26,585 nt of DNA, from IMG/VR virus record IMGVR_UViG_3300032083_000170, positions 1-26,585 of that record. One strand, 5' to 3'. A program made the position numbers and the translations under genes. Shown piece after piece: positions 1-9,068 of this stretch; the first letter of the stretch is position 1, and each line of letters begins with the position of its first letter. Under the pieces are notes generated by a model that was given only the letters and a program-made list of their open reading frames with translations, made no database searches and was not told the DNA's origin. The stretch comes from a virus. Lineage: Duplodnaviria > Caudoviricetes.

Positions 1-452
1 TATAATCTATCCATGTAGTAGAGAAGTGCTAGTAAACCAAGACCACAAGTGATGATGGTTACAATGAATATCAAACCCCACAACAACATAGATTCCCAGA
101 ACTCTTCGGATCGTTTTCTCTTATCTTCCAGTTCTTTCTTACGTTGAACCCGTATATCTTTCCTAAGGTTTATCAATTCTTGGTAAGCTGAGTAACCCCT
201 AGTGGCTATGATAATCTCTCTTAGTTGGTTCTCAAGATCCTCTGCTTGCTTCCGGGCAACAAAGGTATCTAAAGCTTCCTCATTTGCAGATGAAAAGATA
301 CTACTTCTCTTCTTCTCGTGGTTCCCTTTAACCTCATCAATAGCATCGAAGAGACTTCCTAAGTCCTTAGCCAGTGAGGTTATCTCTTTACCGGCTGCCA
401 CACCAGCCTTCACAGCACTGAAACTTGCTAGTGCAATACTAATCGGGTCCAT
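1..452 (-). CDS. Phage membrane protein, ~150 aa, C-terminal transmembrane helix; end is at or just beyond the window edge; absent from the ORF track
   Basis: Manual translation from ATG at 452 (GAGG upstream) gives MDPISIALASFSAVKAGVAAGKEITSLAKDLGSLFDAID...EEALDTFVARKQAEDLENQLREII...SMLLWGLIFIVTIITCGLGLLALLYYMDRL. It is open for 150 codons and ends in 'TA' at the edge, possibly a truncated stop codon. Confidence 0.85.
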   Translation of the reverse strand, partial: MDPISIALASFSAVKAGVAAGKEITSLAKDLGSLFDAIDEVKGNHEKKRSSIFSSANEEALDTFVARKQAEDLENQLREIIIATRGYSAYQELINLRKDIRVQRKKELEDKRKRSEEFWESMLLWGLIFIVTIITCGLGLLALLYYMDRL

Positions 453-462
453 CTAACTTACC

Positions 463-699
463 TCAGGCAATAACAAAATTAACTATCTGACCAGTTGGTT
501 GTCTAAGCTTAGTGTAGTCAGGGCCGTAAGCATAGGGTTTATTCATTTCTATTTTCTGCACTATTTCTGCAGGGCTGAGTTCTTTAGCTTTCTTCTTCAA
601 GGGTTCCTCACCCCTACCATTCTCAAAGACTACATTGGTATGTGTCTGAAATGGCATGTTGGGTAGAGGGAAGTAGGATATAAGTGTGTTGTTTACCAT
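463..699 (-). CDS. Hypothetical protein, 78 aa
   Basis: ATG overlaps the end of the upstream gene. It fills the gap in a tightly packed operon. No motif recognised. Confidence 0.7.
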   Translation of the reverse strand: MVNNTLISYFPLPNMPFQTHTNVVFENGRGEEPLKKKAKELSPAEIVQKIEMNKPYAYGPDYTKLRQPTGQIVNFVIA

Positions 700-941
700 T
701 TGACTTTGTTAGCCCAATATGCTGCACTCATCTTACCCTTCTTAATGTTCTTAGCATGACGGGCTTTGAATGCTTTGTTCCGGGCTGATCCAGCAGGGCT
801 ACCCTTCACACCTTGTTGTCCAAATCTAATTATCTTTTCCTTACCACCTTCACATGCTTTGACAACATGAGACTTCTTAGGGTGATTAGGAGTTCTCTTA
901 GGCTTGTTGCACTTCATCTTTGACTTATCTAGTTTAGCCAT
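693..941 (-). CDS. Small highly basic protein, 82 aa, of the RFG...ARH...SAxYW type (DUF5754/DUF6321-like, tentative)
   Basis: 20 Lys and 4 Arg versus 3 acidic residues. Motif KIIRFGQQG...FKARH...SAAYWANKVKW. Start overlaps the end of the o-spanin gene. Confidence 0.8.
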   Translation of the reverse strand: MAKLDKSKMKCNKPKRTPNHPKKSHVVKACEGGKEKIIRFGQQGVKGSPAGSARNKAFKARHAKNIKKGKMSAAYWANKVKW

Positions 942-1113
942 TACAAGCTGCCCTCCACTTAGCAGAGAAGTTGTCTACCTCTAGGATAGTTTGTGTTGTA
1001 TCATCCCGTGATACAGTTGGCAGGGGTATGCTACAAACAGCATCAACGGAGTTGATCGTTGTCCCGCAACCTGTCAAGAGCAGCATCCCTATCAGTGTTA
1101 ACTTCAACTTCAT
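934..1113 (-). CDS. o-spanin (Rz1-like outer-membrane lipoprotein)
   Basis: MKLKLTLIGMLLLTG-C is a basic N-terminus, hydrophobic core and LTGC lipobox. Two further Cys are present. It starts inside the 3' part of the upstream i-spanin gene in another frame. ATG at 1113 is preferred over TTG at 1116. Confidence 0.8.
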   Translation of the reverse strand: MKLKLTLIGMLLLTGCGTTINSVDAVCSIPLPTVSRDDTTQTILEVDNFSAKWRAACNG

Positions 1114-1282
1114 CAATCTTCTCTCTCGTTTCTTTGTAAGCCTTCAGGTTCTGCACCTTCTGTTTCGTCTTCTCTTTCTGGCGTCCAAACTGAATCGCCC
1201 CAAAGAGCACCACTAAGACACCTAAGGCACCTGCCACAAGGCGTTGTACTCGTGAGCCAACAATCAGGTTGAATAGCCACAT
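1043..1282 (-). CDS. i-spanin (Rz-like inner-membrane protein)
   Basis: One N-terminal TM segment (LVAGALGVLVVLFGAIQFG) followed by a charged helical domain. It overlaps a lipoprotein gene, as in overlapped two-component spanins. Confidence 0.75.
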   Translation of the reverse strand: MWLFNLIVGSRVQRLVAGALGVLVVLFGAIQFGRQKEKTKQKVQNLKAYKETREKIDEVEVNTDRDAALDRLRDNDQLR

Positions 1283-1283
1283 C

Positions 1284-3737
1284 TTATTCCCCTGTTGGTC
1301 TAGCCATAGGGCGTAGAGATGTTTGAGGTGCTAGTCGTGAAGGAATATCTAAGGCTTGTTGTACAACAGAACCTTCTATCTCTTCAATCATTTGCAGTAA
1401 TTCAGCATCACTAAGTTTCTTAAAGCCATCCCAAGTAGACTTTAGTTTAGCAATTTGCCGTGGCTTACTCTTGTTTTTTATCACATGGTTTGCATGGTTC
1501 AGAAACATAATATCCTGAGTTCTCTGATCAAACACAGTAGACTCATCAAGACCCATTCGTTCTGCCACCTCTTTAAGAGTAGTCCCTACAAACTGGTATC
1601 GACCCATTGGAGTTGCTGTTACATCTTCGGGGTTTACTCTCTTAACATACTGTCCATAGGGGCCAGATGGATTAGAGAACTCGTACAATTCTCCAAGAGT
1701 TTTTGTAGATACATCATAACCCTTAAAGGCAGTGTCTTTTCTTTCTGCATTATTGAACAGAGATGAGTAACCACCTAGACCTGCTTCTTTTCTATCAATC
1801 AATCCAGCAGATATAGGGGCTGTATCTTCTATTACAGGGATAACATCTTCGATAGTAGGATCTAAAGCACTTCTAGCTTCTTGTGCTATGTCCTCAGCCT
1901 CAAGAGTTTCTAAGACACCTTCAACAGCTTCGGCAATTCGACCACCACTAAACAAGTCTGTGGCTGACTGATACTTAGTTGCTAAAGAATTTAAGTTTTG
2001 TAGTTTTCCATCTATCATACGAAGATTGCTTACAAGTTTTAGAGTACTTCCAAACCTAGTTGTAATAATATTCTCAAGGTTACTTCCCTGAAGTATTTGA
2101 TTACGACTTTGTTCAGGCAGTTTCATAAAGGCTTCAAGACCACCTGCTGATTCGATGCTTTGGACTGTTTCTCTGAAGTCACGTAAACGTCTATCACCTT
2201 GAGGAACCCCAGAAAACTTACCTTCGATAAACTCCATATCGAAGACAACCTTACCTGTCTGGTCTACTTTAAAGTATTGCCCATCACCTGTACTTAGTCG
2301 TTGGTCAAGTTCATTCTTTTGACGTACTCTTTCAGCAGAAAGGGCTTGTTGTAAAACATCGTTAGTCTGTGCAGCATTGAGAGGATCTGTACGATAAACA
2401 GCATCTAGGTTAGTCATGATACCGTTGTCGGCAAACCTAGACAAAAGCTTCTCACCCAAAATAAACTCATCACTCTGGGAAGCAACAGCACTTGCAGTAA
2501 TGTTAAGAGTATTTAACCAAGAGTTTCTAGTCTCAGCATTATTAATAATGTTCTCAGGTTTTGTTGTAGAGTTTATTGCAGAAACACTTTCAACAATCTT
2601 TGTATAATTTTCAGGTTGGTTCTTAATATCAGGTAAAGGAAGCAATGAAGGATTCTCCCCTGTTCCTGAACTCAACTCTGGTCTTCTATTGTTTCCAAAT
2701 ATATCTACATACTTATCAACAGATATAGCTGATGTTGCAGCTTCTACTAGAGCATCTGCAAAAGTCTTTCCCTTCTCTTCAAATTTAGTAAGTATTTGAC
2801 TTTTAAATGTTTCAGGATTTTGTTTTACCATAGCCCTTACAGTGGAGATAGTCAAACTATCGAAACCAGACTTTTGCAAAGCTACTTGAACAGCATCAAG
2901 TTGCACAGAAAGAGGATCGGTGCTTACACCTACTGCAATATCTTGGACAAGACCATTCATTTGATCTACAACAGCTTTGACAGCTTTGTTACTCTCAAAC
3001 TTACCATATTTAGATGCAATAAGATTTCTTGTGGATAGCTGTATATTTCTTAATTCACCACGAGTAACAATACCATCTGCCTCTGCCTGTACTGCAGCTT
3101 GAGATAGTATCTGATAGTCATTCTGAATACTCTCTAAGATCGGGGTGGGTTCTATAGGCATACCTGCTTGTAGCTTTGCATCTTGCACGGCAATCTGTTG
3201 GTCTAGTACAGCCTTTTCATTTAACTTCTGTAGGACAAGCTTATTAATCGCATCTGGTGTAGCTGTAATATTCTCTGAGACTAATTCAGATTTAGCAACA
3301 GATCTTAGAGCTAAACCCTGCTCACTTTGAAGACGTTGGTTTTCATAGTATTGTTCTTCGTCACCCACATCAAAGGCTGCTGCTGCAAATGGTGTCCCTG
3401 TGATAGCTTCATAAGCTCCTTTAAGATTATCTGGAAGCTGTACATTAGCATTAACAGCCCTCATAGCTACCTGTTTAGCTCGCCTTGCTAAGGTTATATT
3501 ATCTACTTCACCACCTTCTTGCAGATCAAGCAAGTTACTTAACTCAGTACCGAATCCTTGGATTAGACTGCTTTCTCTTGAAGCTTCTGATACAGGTCTA
3601 GGGGCTGCACGACCTAGTGTAGCTGTTATGTCTTTGACACCTCTTAAAGCAGTAGCAAAGGGGCTTGTTGTTTGAGGGGCTTGGACAGGAGCTTCTGCCT
3701 GTATCTGACCCTCAAGTTTAGGTGCAAAAATTGCCAT
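1284..3737 (-). CDS. Internal virion (ejection) protein with C-terminal lysozyme-like muralytic domain
   Basis: 817 aa, largely helical. The C-terminus has LIDRKEAG..GYSSLF...PMGRYQFVGTTL...FDQRTQD, matching the lambda-lysozyme-like pattern (catalytic Glu; GRYQF; F....QD). It lies in the internal-protein block. Confidence 0.75.
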   Translation of the reverse strand: MAIFAPKLEGQIQAEAPVQAPQTTSPFATALRGVKDITATLGRAAPRPVSEASRESSLIQGFGTELSNLLDLQEGGEVDNITLARRAKQVAMRAVNANVQLPDNLKGAYEAITGTPFAAAAFDVGDEEQYYENQRLQSEQGLALRSVAKSELVSENITATPDAINKLVLQKLNEKAVLDQQIAVQDAKLQAGMPIEPTPILESIQNDYQILSQAAVQAEADGIVTRGELRNIQLSTRNLIASKYGKFESNKAVKAVVDQMNGLVQDIAVGVSTDPLSVQLDAVQVALQKSGFDSLTISTVRAMVKQNPETFKSQILTKFEEKGKTFADALVEAATSAISVDKYVDIFGNNRRPELSSGTGENPSLLPLPDIKNQPENYTKIVESVSAINSTTKPENIINNAETRNSWLNTLNITASAVASQSDEFILGEKLLSRFADNGIMTNLDAVYRTDPLNAAQTNDVLQQALSAERVRQKNELDQRLSTGDGQYFKVDQTGKVVFDMEFIEGKFSGVPQGDRRLRDFRETVQSIESAGGLEAFMKLPEQSRNQILQGSNLENIITTRFGSTLKLVSNLRMIDGKLQNLNSLATKYQSATDLFSGGRIAEAVEGVLETLEAEDIAQEARSALDPTIEDVIPVIEDTAPISAGLIDRKEAGLGGYSSLFNNAERKDTAFKGYDVSTKTLGELYEFSNPSGPYGQYVKRVNPEDVTATPMGRYQFVGTTLKEVAERMGLDESTVFDQRTQDIMFLNHANHVIKNKSKPRQIAKLKSTWDGFKKLSDAELLQMIEEIEGSVVQQALDIPSRLAPQTSLRPMARPTGE

Positions 3738-3746
3738 GTCTTTTCC

Positions 3747-6700
3747 TTACTCTGTAATAGCTTGTAGTTGATCAGCTTCAGTCTCAAGGCCCATACGACG
3801 AAGTTGTTGTATTCTTTCGAAAGTAGTTGTGTCTGCAAAACCCTTTAAGACCTGTTCTTTTAGGTTCTGTCTTAGCTCAGGGGTAAGGCCGTTTAACCTA
3901 CTAACCATTATGTTGATACTCTCAAGTGTCTCATTAGCTAGTTCAGCATTACCATCGTTGACTGCTCTCCAAAACTGATTGGTATAAGGCTTTACTTCCT
4001 TAGACCATTTACGATATGTCTTGTTTGTTCTGAAGATAATATCTTTAGCATCATATATTTGCTGTACTTCCTCTAAAGGAATACCTGCAACAGCCATCAA
4101 AGCATCTATGTTATTAAGGTTAGGATCTATCTCACCACCTGTTTTAGAAGAGTAAACTTGATGTTGCCATATTCCATAGCCTTTTGAAAGGTTATCAATA
4201 AACTTCATGTTACGCAGAAGTTCCATACCTTTTGTACTTATTAAAATCTCATCACCTCTTATAAGAGAACCCATAAACTGAGAGAAGTCAACAAGAGTAT
4301 CGCCAGTCTTACCACCACCAGCACCACCTATTATTTCTATAGCAGTGGCCTCTCTATAGTTTCTAAAGGTATCAATAACACCATCGCCAAGGGATACCCG
4401 ACTTGCCATAGAAACTTCTGGGGCATTCTCTCCAATTAAAACATCCCCAGCCCAAGCAAAAAGGGCATCTACACTACCATTTTTTATAAGACGGTACATA
4501 TCATTGCCGGGTTCTATTTGCATATCTTCTGGCAAGAAAGAGTTTAAGTTATCTACAACACCAGAAGTTGTCGTAGCTGCACCCACACCTGTTAGTCCCC
4601 AAAAGGGTCCAACCATAACTGCAGCACCCATACGTTCACGAGCAGTCATGTTCTTACCCACAAACACAGCTTCAAAACTACGAAGAAGATACGACATAAA
4701 CTGAGTAGGAACTCTCAGCACACCTTGTTGTATCATACCCCTGCTCATGTTTGTCATATTGAAAGAGTAGGCTTGCTCTTTGTTAGACACCCAAGTACGA
4801 CCTTCTTCAGATAGTATTGACTTACCTTTGTTTTGTGCTTTCCATTTTCTTACGGCGGCACCAAAAGCTGTTGTTCGAGTTATCTGCTCACCCTTGTTAA
4901 AGAAGTACATACCAACATTGTTAGTCTTTTCCCATGCCTTACCAACCGTGTTAGATACTGCACGAGCTTTCTGTGATTTTCCTAATCGAACAGCAGCACC
5001 AGAAGGAGCTTGGAAACCTTCTACCAAGTTAGTTGGATCTACTTCATAACGAGCCATATCAATAAATAGTTCTCGTATTTCTACCATTTCATCCCTAGAG
5101 TACCCGTAAAAACCAGCCATCCTATCTATCATAATATCAAGTTGTTTACCTTCAACTTCAAGAGAGCTAAGTAACTGGCGTCCCATAACCATACCAGATA
5201 TACCGTCATCAATTCCAGTAGCACCTATGATAGTCATGCTATGGGCTGATTGCAGGAGTAATTGAAAAGTATCTCCAAAGAATGTTGTTTTAAACCCAAA
5301 GTTAGTTAGAAGGTGTGTCGGGTTGTTTACATTAAACTTAACACCAGTAAGATTATAGAATTGTTCTGTAACATCTTGAGCTAGTCTAGTTAAAGCACGA
5401 TCCCCAAAACCTTCTGCCCCTAACCTAAGGTCTGTAATTCTTTTGCGTTCAAATATCTTTTGAATAACAGCATTAGAACTATCTTTGTCCAACCACTTAT
5501 CAATGTTACGGTAGTATGAACGGTAATCTTTATTAGAGCTATCAGGATCTGCAATCTGTTTGATCTTCTTACCCAAAGATACTTGAGCAGCAGCCGTGTA
5601 GTTACTAAAGGCTATCTTACGGCTTTCAGTGTTGGCTTGGTTTAGTATTCCTTTAATTGGGTTATCATTTACTGTAGCTATACCGCCGAAGTGCGTCAGT
5701 GGTTTATCGTTCCGACGATTAGAGAATATAGTAAACTCATCCAAGGTAGCTCCCGGCGCAAAAGTTTCACCTGCTACACCAGTAAATACATTCTCATCTC
5801 TTGCTTTACTAACAATACTAACAGTTTCATTTCCAAACAAACTTAGAAGATCCTCATCTCTAAGAAACTTCTCCATTGCAGATGCGGTTGTGATACCGGG
5901 GTTCCACTTGTTGTTAGCTGCAACAAGATCATCTGTTAAGTTATTAGACCTAATTGCTCTAGCAATAGTATCCATCTGTTCAGCAGCAAGTAGTGCAGTC
6001 TTATTAGAGCTAGTTGATAGAGCAGTCTTTAAAGGAATACCGTCTTTACCCATCAAGACAATAAAGTTAGTAGCCTCTGGATTGATACGAGGACCACCAG
6101 CATTATACCCTAAAACGTCTTGAGGTTCAAGTGGTTTTACAAGTTCTGTGTCAACAACATACTTAACACCGTTTGTGTCCATGTCCATTTCAAAGGCATT
6201 GACAAGAGGTCCATCATACTCTGACTTAGTAAAGACAGCACCAGACTGAGCATCAATAATTCTAGCTGAGTCATCTATGCTGTTAACAGATATTTTCTTA
6301 GCTGCTGTATAAACCTGTTCACCACCAATGAAAGTGGAGATTCTACGATAGCCAGCCCTGTGCATTGTACGGATAAGGCCTGTAGCTCTTAGAATATACG
6401 TTGTATCTGAAAGGTCCACAGTTGCTCTGTAACCATCCAACACTTTTTGAGAGGGAGCTTTACCTTTGTTGTCAGCCTTCCAAAGATCAATGAAGTCATC
6501 GTCAGTAAACCAGTTACGTTTAGATGCCAAGTCTTTAGATTGAATCCTCTGAATTATGTCACCGACTTGTTCAAGTTCTTTACCAGACAACTTTCCAATC
6601 TTACTTGTAAGACCTTGCATCAACTGAGAAGTACGGATGGCTCCACTCTCTGCACGATAGGCTAAGTTAGTAAGGAACTCATTATCCCGAAGATGTGAAC

Positions 6701-8150
6701 CACCCGTAAACCTATTACCGAAGATCTTAGAAAACAGTTTACCTGTTACACCTTCGATATGATTTAACTGTGCAAACTTGTCAGCAGCAATAAAGTCATC
6801 AAGTTCTATAGCTTCATCAACCTGAATAGCCCAAGCACCTTTTGATTCATCGATAGGTACTACGGTAGCCTCAGGGAAATCTTCAGCAAACTTCTCTGCT
6901 GACTCTCTCGTTAAAGCTTTACCAGTTTTAGGGTGCCCTAGTAAAACTGTAAGTCTGTTTGTTTGGTAGTCTAAGCTGTGGTTTATAACACCTCTGTTAA
7001 AACTTTCTTGGATATAGTTTATACGATTAGAGATATAAACACCTAACTGAGCTTGGTCATAGATCTTACCTAAAGCTCTGTTAGCATAAGCATAGACTTC
7101 GTTGACAACATCCCTTGCAGTCTGATTACGCAGTGCAGCCTCACCTAAGGGCCGTACAGGAGCTTTATCTCCAACTGGGTCAGTGATACTTGGACCCATG
7201 TTTGCTAAGTTCTCAGGCTCGTCTGTACGTCTAGCAATGTTTTCTGCTACTTCTGTTGCAGCATCTGGTCCGTTGACAGCACCTGCACGGGTAGCAGCAG
7301 TAGGTGACTTTGCTATAGTGTTAATCATCTTTGCTACTTTACGAGCTTCGTTTACTTTAGCAGCAGTCTTAACTGTTTTAACGGTAGCACTCGTAGCTAA
7401 AGTAGCTAAAGGAAATAAATCAATAGCACCAATGATCGCCTCAGTGACTGCATTATCATCATTACCAAACCTATTAATTGTGTTTAGAAGGTCTGATAAT
7501 GCTAAAGGGTTATCTGCAAAGAAGAACCCTTGATCAACATACTCGTTAATTTTACTGTCTAAGAAAAGTTCGTAGTCTGCTACGGACATATTACCAGCAA
7601 TAGCTCTGGCAAACTCTTCTGAGACAGTCTTACGTTTCATAGTAAGGTCTTCGAAAGCACCGATAGGAAACTGACGGAAGATATAACGGTCAAACCAATT
7701 GACAACAGTACCTGCACCAGTCTCTGCTGTACGAGACTTAATAGCATCTTGAATTTTTTCTGCTGTTAGCTGATACTTTATAGATGCTCTATTCTGTGTT
7801 TCAGTTAAGGCTGGGTTTTCCATAGCATGGAATGAGTTGTCAAAGTAATCAGACAAACCTATTAGCTCACCGCCTTTAGCCGCCTGATCGTCTAGTCTAA
7901 TAGCTGCTTCTTCAACATCTACCTGTTGTTCTTGTACTTCTTGTACATCACTAATCAAAGCATTGCTTACACGAGTAGAAACCTCAGAAGGAAGGTTCTC
8001 TACTTCGTCTGGCAACAGCCCTGTAGCTCCGAGAACTGCAGTGTCCCTACGTTCTGTAGAAGCTGAGTAGGGATCTGGGGTAACTATCTCTGAGACTTCT
8101 TCATCGTCACCAAGGATTGTTACCTGTTGTTCCTCTAATAGAGTAGCCAT
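3747..8150 (-). CDS. Large internal virion (ejection/core) protein
   Basis: 1467 aa with an AAGGA RBS. It lies after the nozzle, GNAT and small ejection genes, as in podoviruses, and has hydrophobic Gly-rich patches in the C-terminal third. Assignment is by synteny and size. Confidence 0.7.
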   Translation of the reverse strand: MATLLEEQQVTILGDDEEVSEIVTPDPYSASTERRDTAVLGATGLLPDEVENLPSEVSTRVSNALISDVQEVQEQQVDVEEAAIRLDDQAAKGGELIGLSDYFDNSFHAMENPALTETQNRASIKYQLTAEKIQDAIKSRTAETGAGTVVNWFDRYIFRQFPIGAFEDLTMKRKTVSEEFARAIAGNMSVADYELFLDSKINEYVDQGFFFADNPLALSDLLNTINRFGNDDNAVTEAIIGAIDLFPLATLATSATVKTVKTAAKVNEARKVAKMINTIAKSPTAATRAGAVNGPDAATEVAENIARRTDEPENLANMGPSITDPVGDKAPVRPLGEAALRNQTARDVVNEVYAYANRALGKIYDQAQLGVYISNRINYIQESFNRGVINHSLDYQTNRLTVLLGHPKTGKALTRESAEKFAEDFPEATVVPIDESKGAWAIQVDEAIELDDFIAADKFAQLNHIEGVTGKLFSKIFGNRFTGGSHLRDNEFLTNLAYRAESGAIRTSQLMQGLTSKIGKLSGKELEQVGDIIQRIQSKDLASKRNWFTDDDFIDLWKADNKGKAPSQKVLDGYRATVDLSDTTYILRATGLIRTMHRAGYRRISTFIGGEQVYTAAKKISVNSIDDSARIIDAQSGAVFTKSEYDGPLVNAFEMDMDTNGVKYVVDTELVKPLEPQDVLGYNAGGPRINPEATNFIVLMGKDGIPLKTALSTSSNKTALLAAEQMDTIARAIRSNNLTDDLVAANNKWNPGITTASAMEKFLRDEDLLSLFGNETVSIVSKARDENVFTGVAGETFAPGATLDEFTIFSNRRNDKPLTHFGGIATVNDNPIKGILNQANTESRKIAFSNYTAAAQVSLGKKIKQIADPDSSNKDYRSYYRNIDKWLDKDSSNAVIQKIFERKRITDLRLGAEGFGDRALTRLAQDVTEQFYNLTGVKFNVNNPTHLLTNFGFKTTFFGDTFQLLLQSAHSMTIIGATGIDDGISGMVMGRQLLSSLEVEGKQLDIMIDRMAGFYGYSRDEMVEIRELFIDMARYEVDPTNLVEGFQAPSGAAVRLGKSQKARAVSNTVGKAWEKTNNVGMYFFNKGEQITRTTAFGAAVRKWKAQNKGKSILSEEGRTWVSNKEQAYSFNMTNMSRGMIQQGVLRVPTQFMSYLLRSFEAVFVGKNMTARERMGAAVMVGPFWGLTGVGAATTTSGVVDNLNSFLPEDMQIEPGNDMYRLIKNGSVDALFAWAGDVLIGENAPEVSMASRVSLGDGVIDTFRNYREATAIEIIGGAGGGKTGDTLVDFSQFMGSLIRGDEILISTKGMELLRNMKFIDNLSKGYGIWQHQVYSSKTGGEIDPNLNNIDALMAVAGIPLEEVQQIYDAKDIIFRTNKTYRKWSKEVKPYTNQFWRAVNDGNAELANETLESINIMVSRLNGLTPELRQNLKEQVLKGFADTTTFERIQQLRRMGLETEADQLQAITE

Positions 8151-8167
8151 TAATATTTCCTTACTTA

Positions 8168-8596
8168 TTAGAAGAGGTCATAGTCTTTACCTACGGAAAA
8201 ACCTGTTAAAGCAGCCCCTGATATAGCACCACCTAAGTCTGCTTGAGCACGAGCAGAGGCAGCTTGTTGACTGAAAGAACTAATCTGCTGAGATAACCCA
8301 GACATCTGACCTTGAAATCCTAGTTGACCTCCAAGCTGAGAGGATAGAGAGGACAAACCACCACCTAAAGCAGACCCTCCTGTAATACCTAAAGCACCTG
8401 ACTGAACAAGTGCTTGTGATCTTTGTAACTGTGCTGACCGTAGAGCCTGTGTTCGAGAACGTCTAGCCTGAACTTGTTGTTGCCGTTGCTGAGCACGGGT
8501 TGCCCGTCTTTGAGCAGAGGCTGCTTGCTCACCTTGATATATTTGATAGCCTGTTCCTGCTACTGCAGTGGCTAAAAGAATTGTTTCAATACCCAT
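8168..8596 (-). CDS. Small internal virion protein (T7 gp14-like position)
   Basis: Hydrophobic N-terminus (MGIETILLATAVAGTG), Gln/Ala/Arg-rich helix and Gly/Ser-rich segments, typical of small ejection proteins. It follows the GNAT gene. Confidence 0.7.
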   Translation of the reverse strand: MGIETILLATAVAGTGYQIYQGEQAASAQRRATRAQQRQQQVQARRSRTQALRSAQLQRSQALVQSGALGITGGSALGGGLSSLSSQLGGQLGFQGQMSGLSQQISSFSQQAASARAQADLGGAISGAALTGFSVGKDYDLF

Positions 8597-8597
8597 G

Positions 8598-9068
8598 TTA
8601 TTCCCCTAGATATTTTGTATACAGTTTTTCAGAATGTTTAAAGCCTAATCTTTTAAGGATAGGATCGTAAGGTTTGTCCACCGTTGTATTAAAAAGAAGA
8701 ACAGATACACCACGTTTTTCTAAGTCTTCTGTTACATACTTTACTAAGAAGTAACCCACTAAACCTTTTCTATATTCTTTATCAATAAATAGAATATCAT
8801 TGGAAGCAAAGATATGATCTTTATAGTGAGGATGGTTTCTAGCTAAAACAACTAAGTATCCAACAAGCTTCTTATCTTTTCTAACTGTGTAGACACCTAT
8901 CATACCAGCATAATAAAGGGCATCGTAAGCTTCCCAATCTGGATTAAGTTCTATACCAGCTTCTTTGTATCCAGTGTCATCCCAATTCTGATAAATAAGT
9001 TCGTTAGCTTCTTCTTTTACTTCTTGGTAGTCTTCGGCCTGTATCTTAAAACCTCTGATTGACTGCAT
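8598..9068 (-). CDS. GNAT-family N-acetyltransferase-fold protein
   Basis: Motif A ILFIDKEYRKGLVGYFLV and C-terminal ILKRLGFK. Length 156 aa. Confidence 0.85.
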   Translation of the reverse strand: MQSIRGFKIQAEDYQEVKEEANELIYQNWDDTGYKEAGIELNPDWEAYDALYYAGMIGVYTVRKDKKLVGYLVVLARNHPHYKDHIFASNDILFIDKEYRKGLVGYFLVKYVTEDLEKRGVSVLLFNTTVDKPYDPILKRLGFKHSEKLYTKYLGE

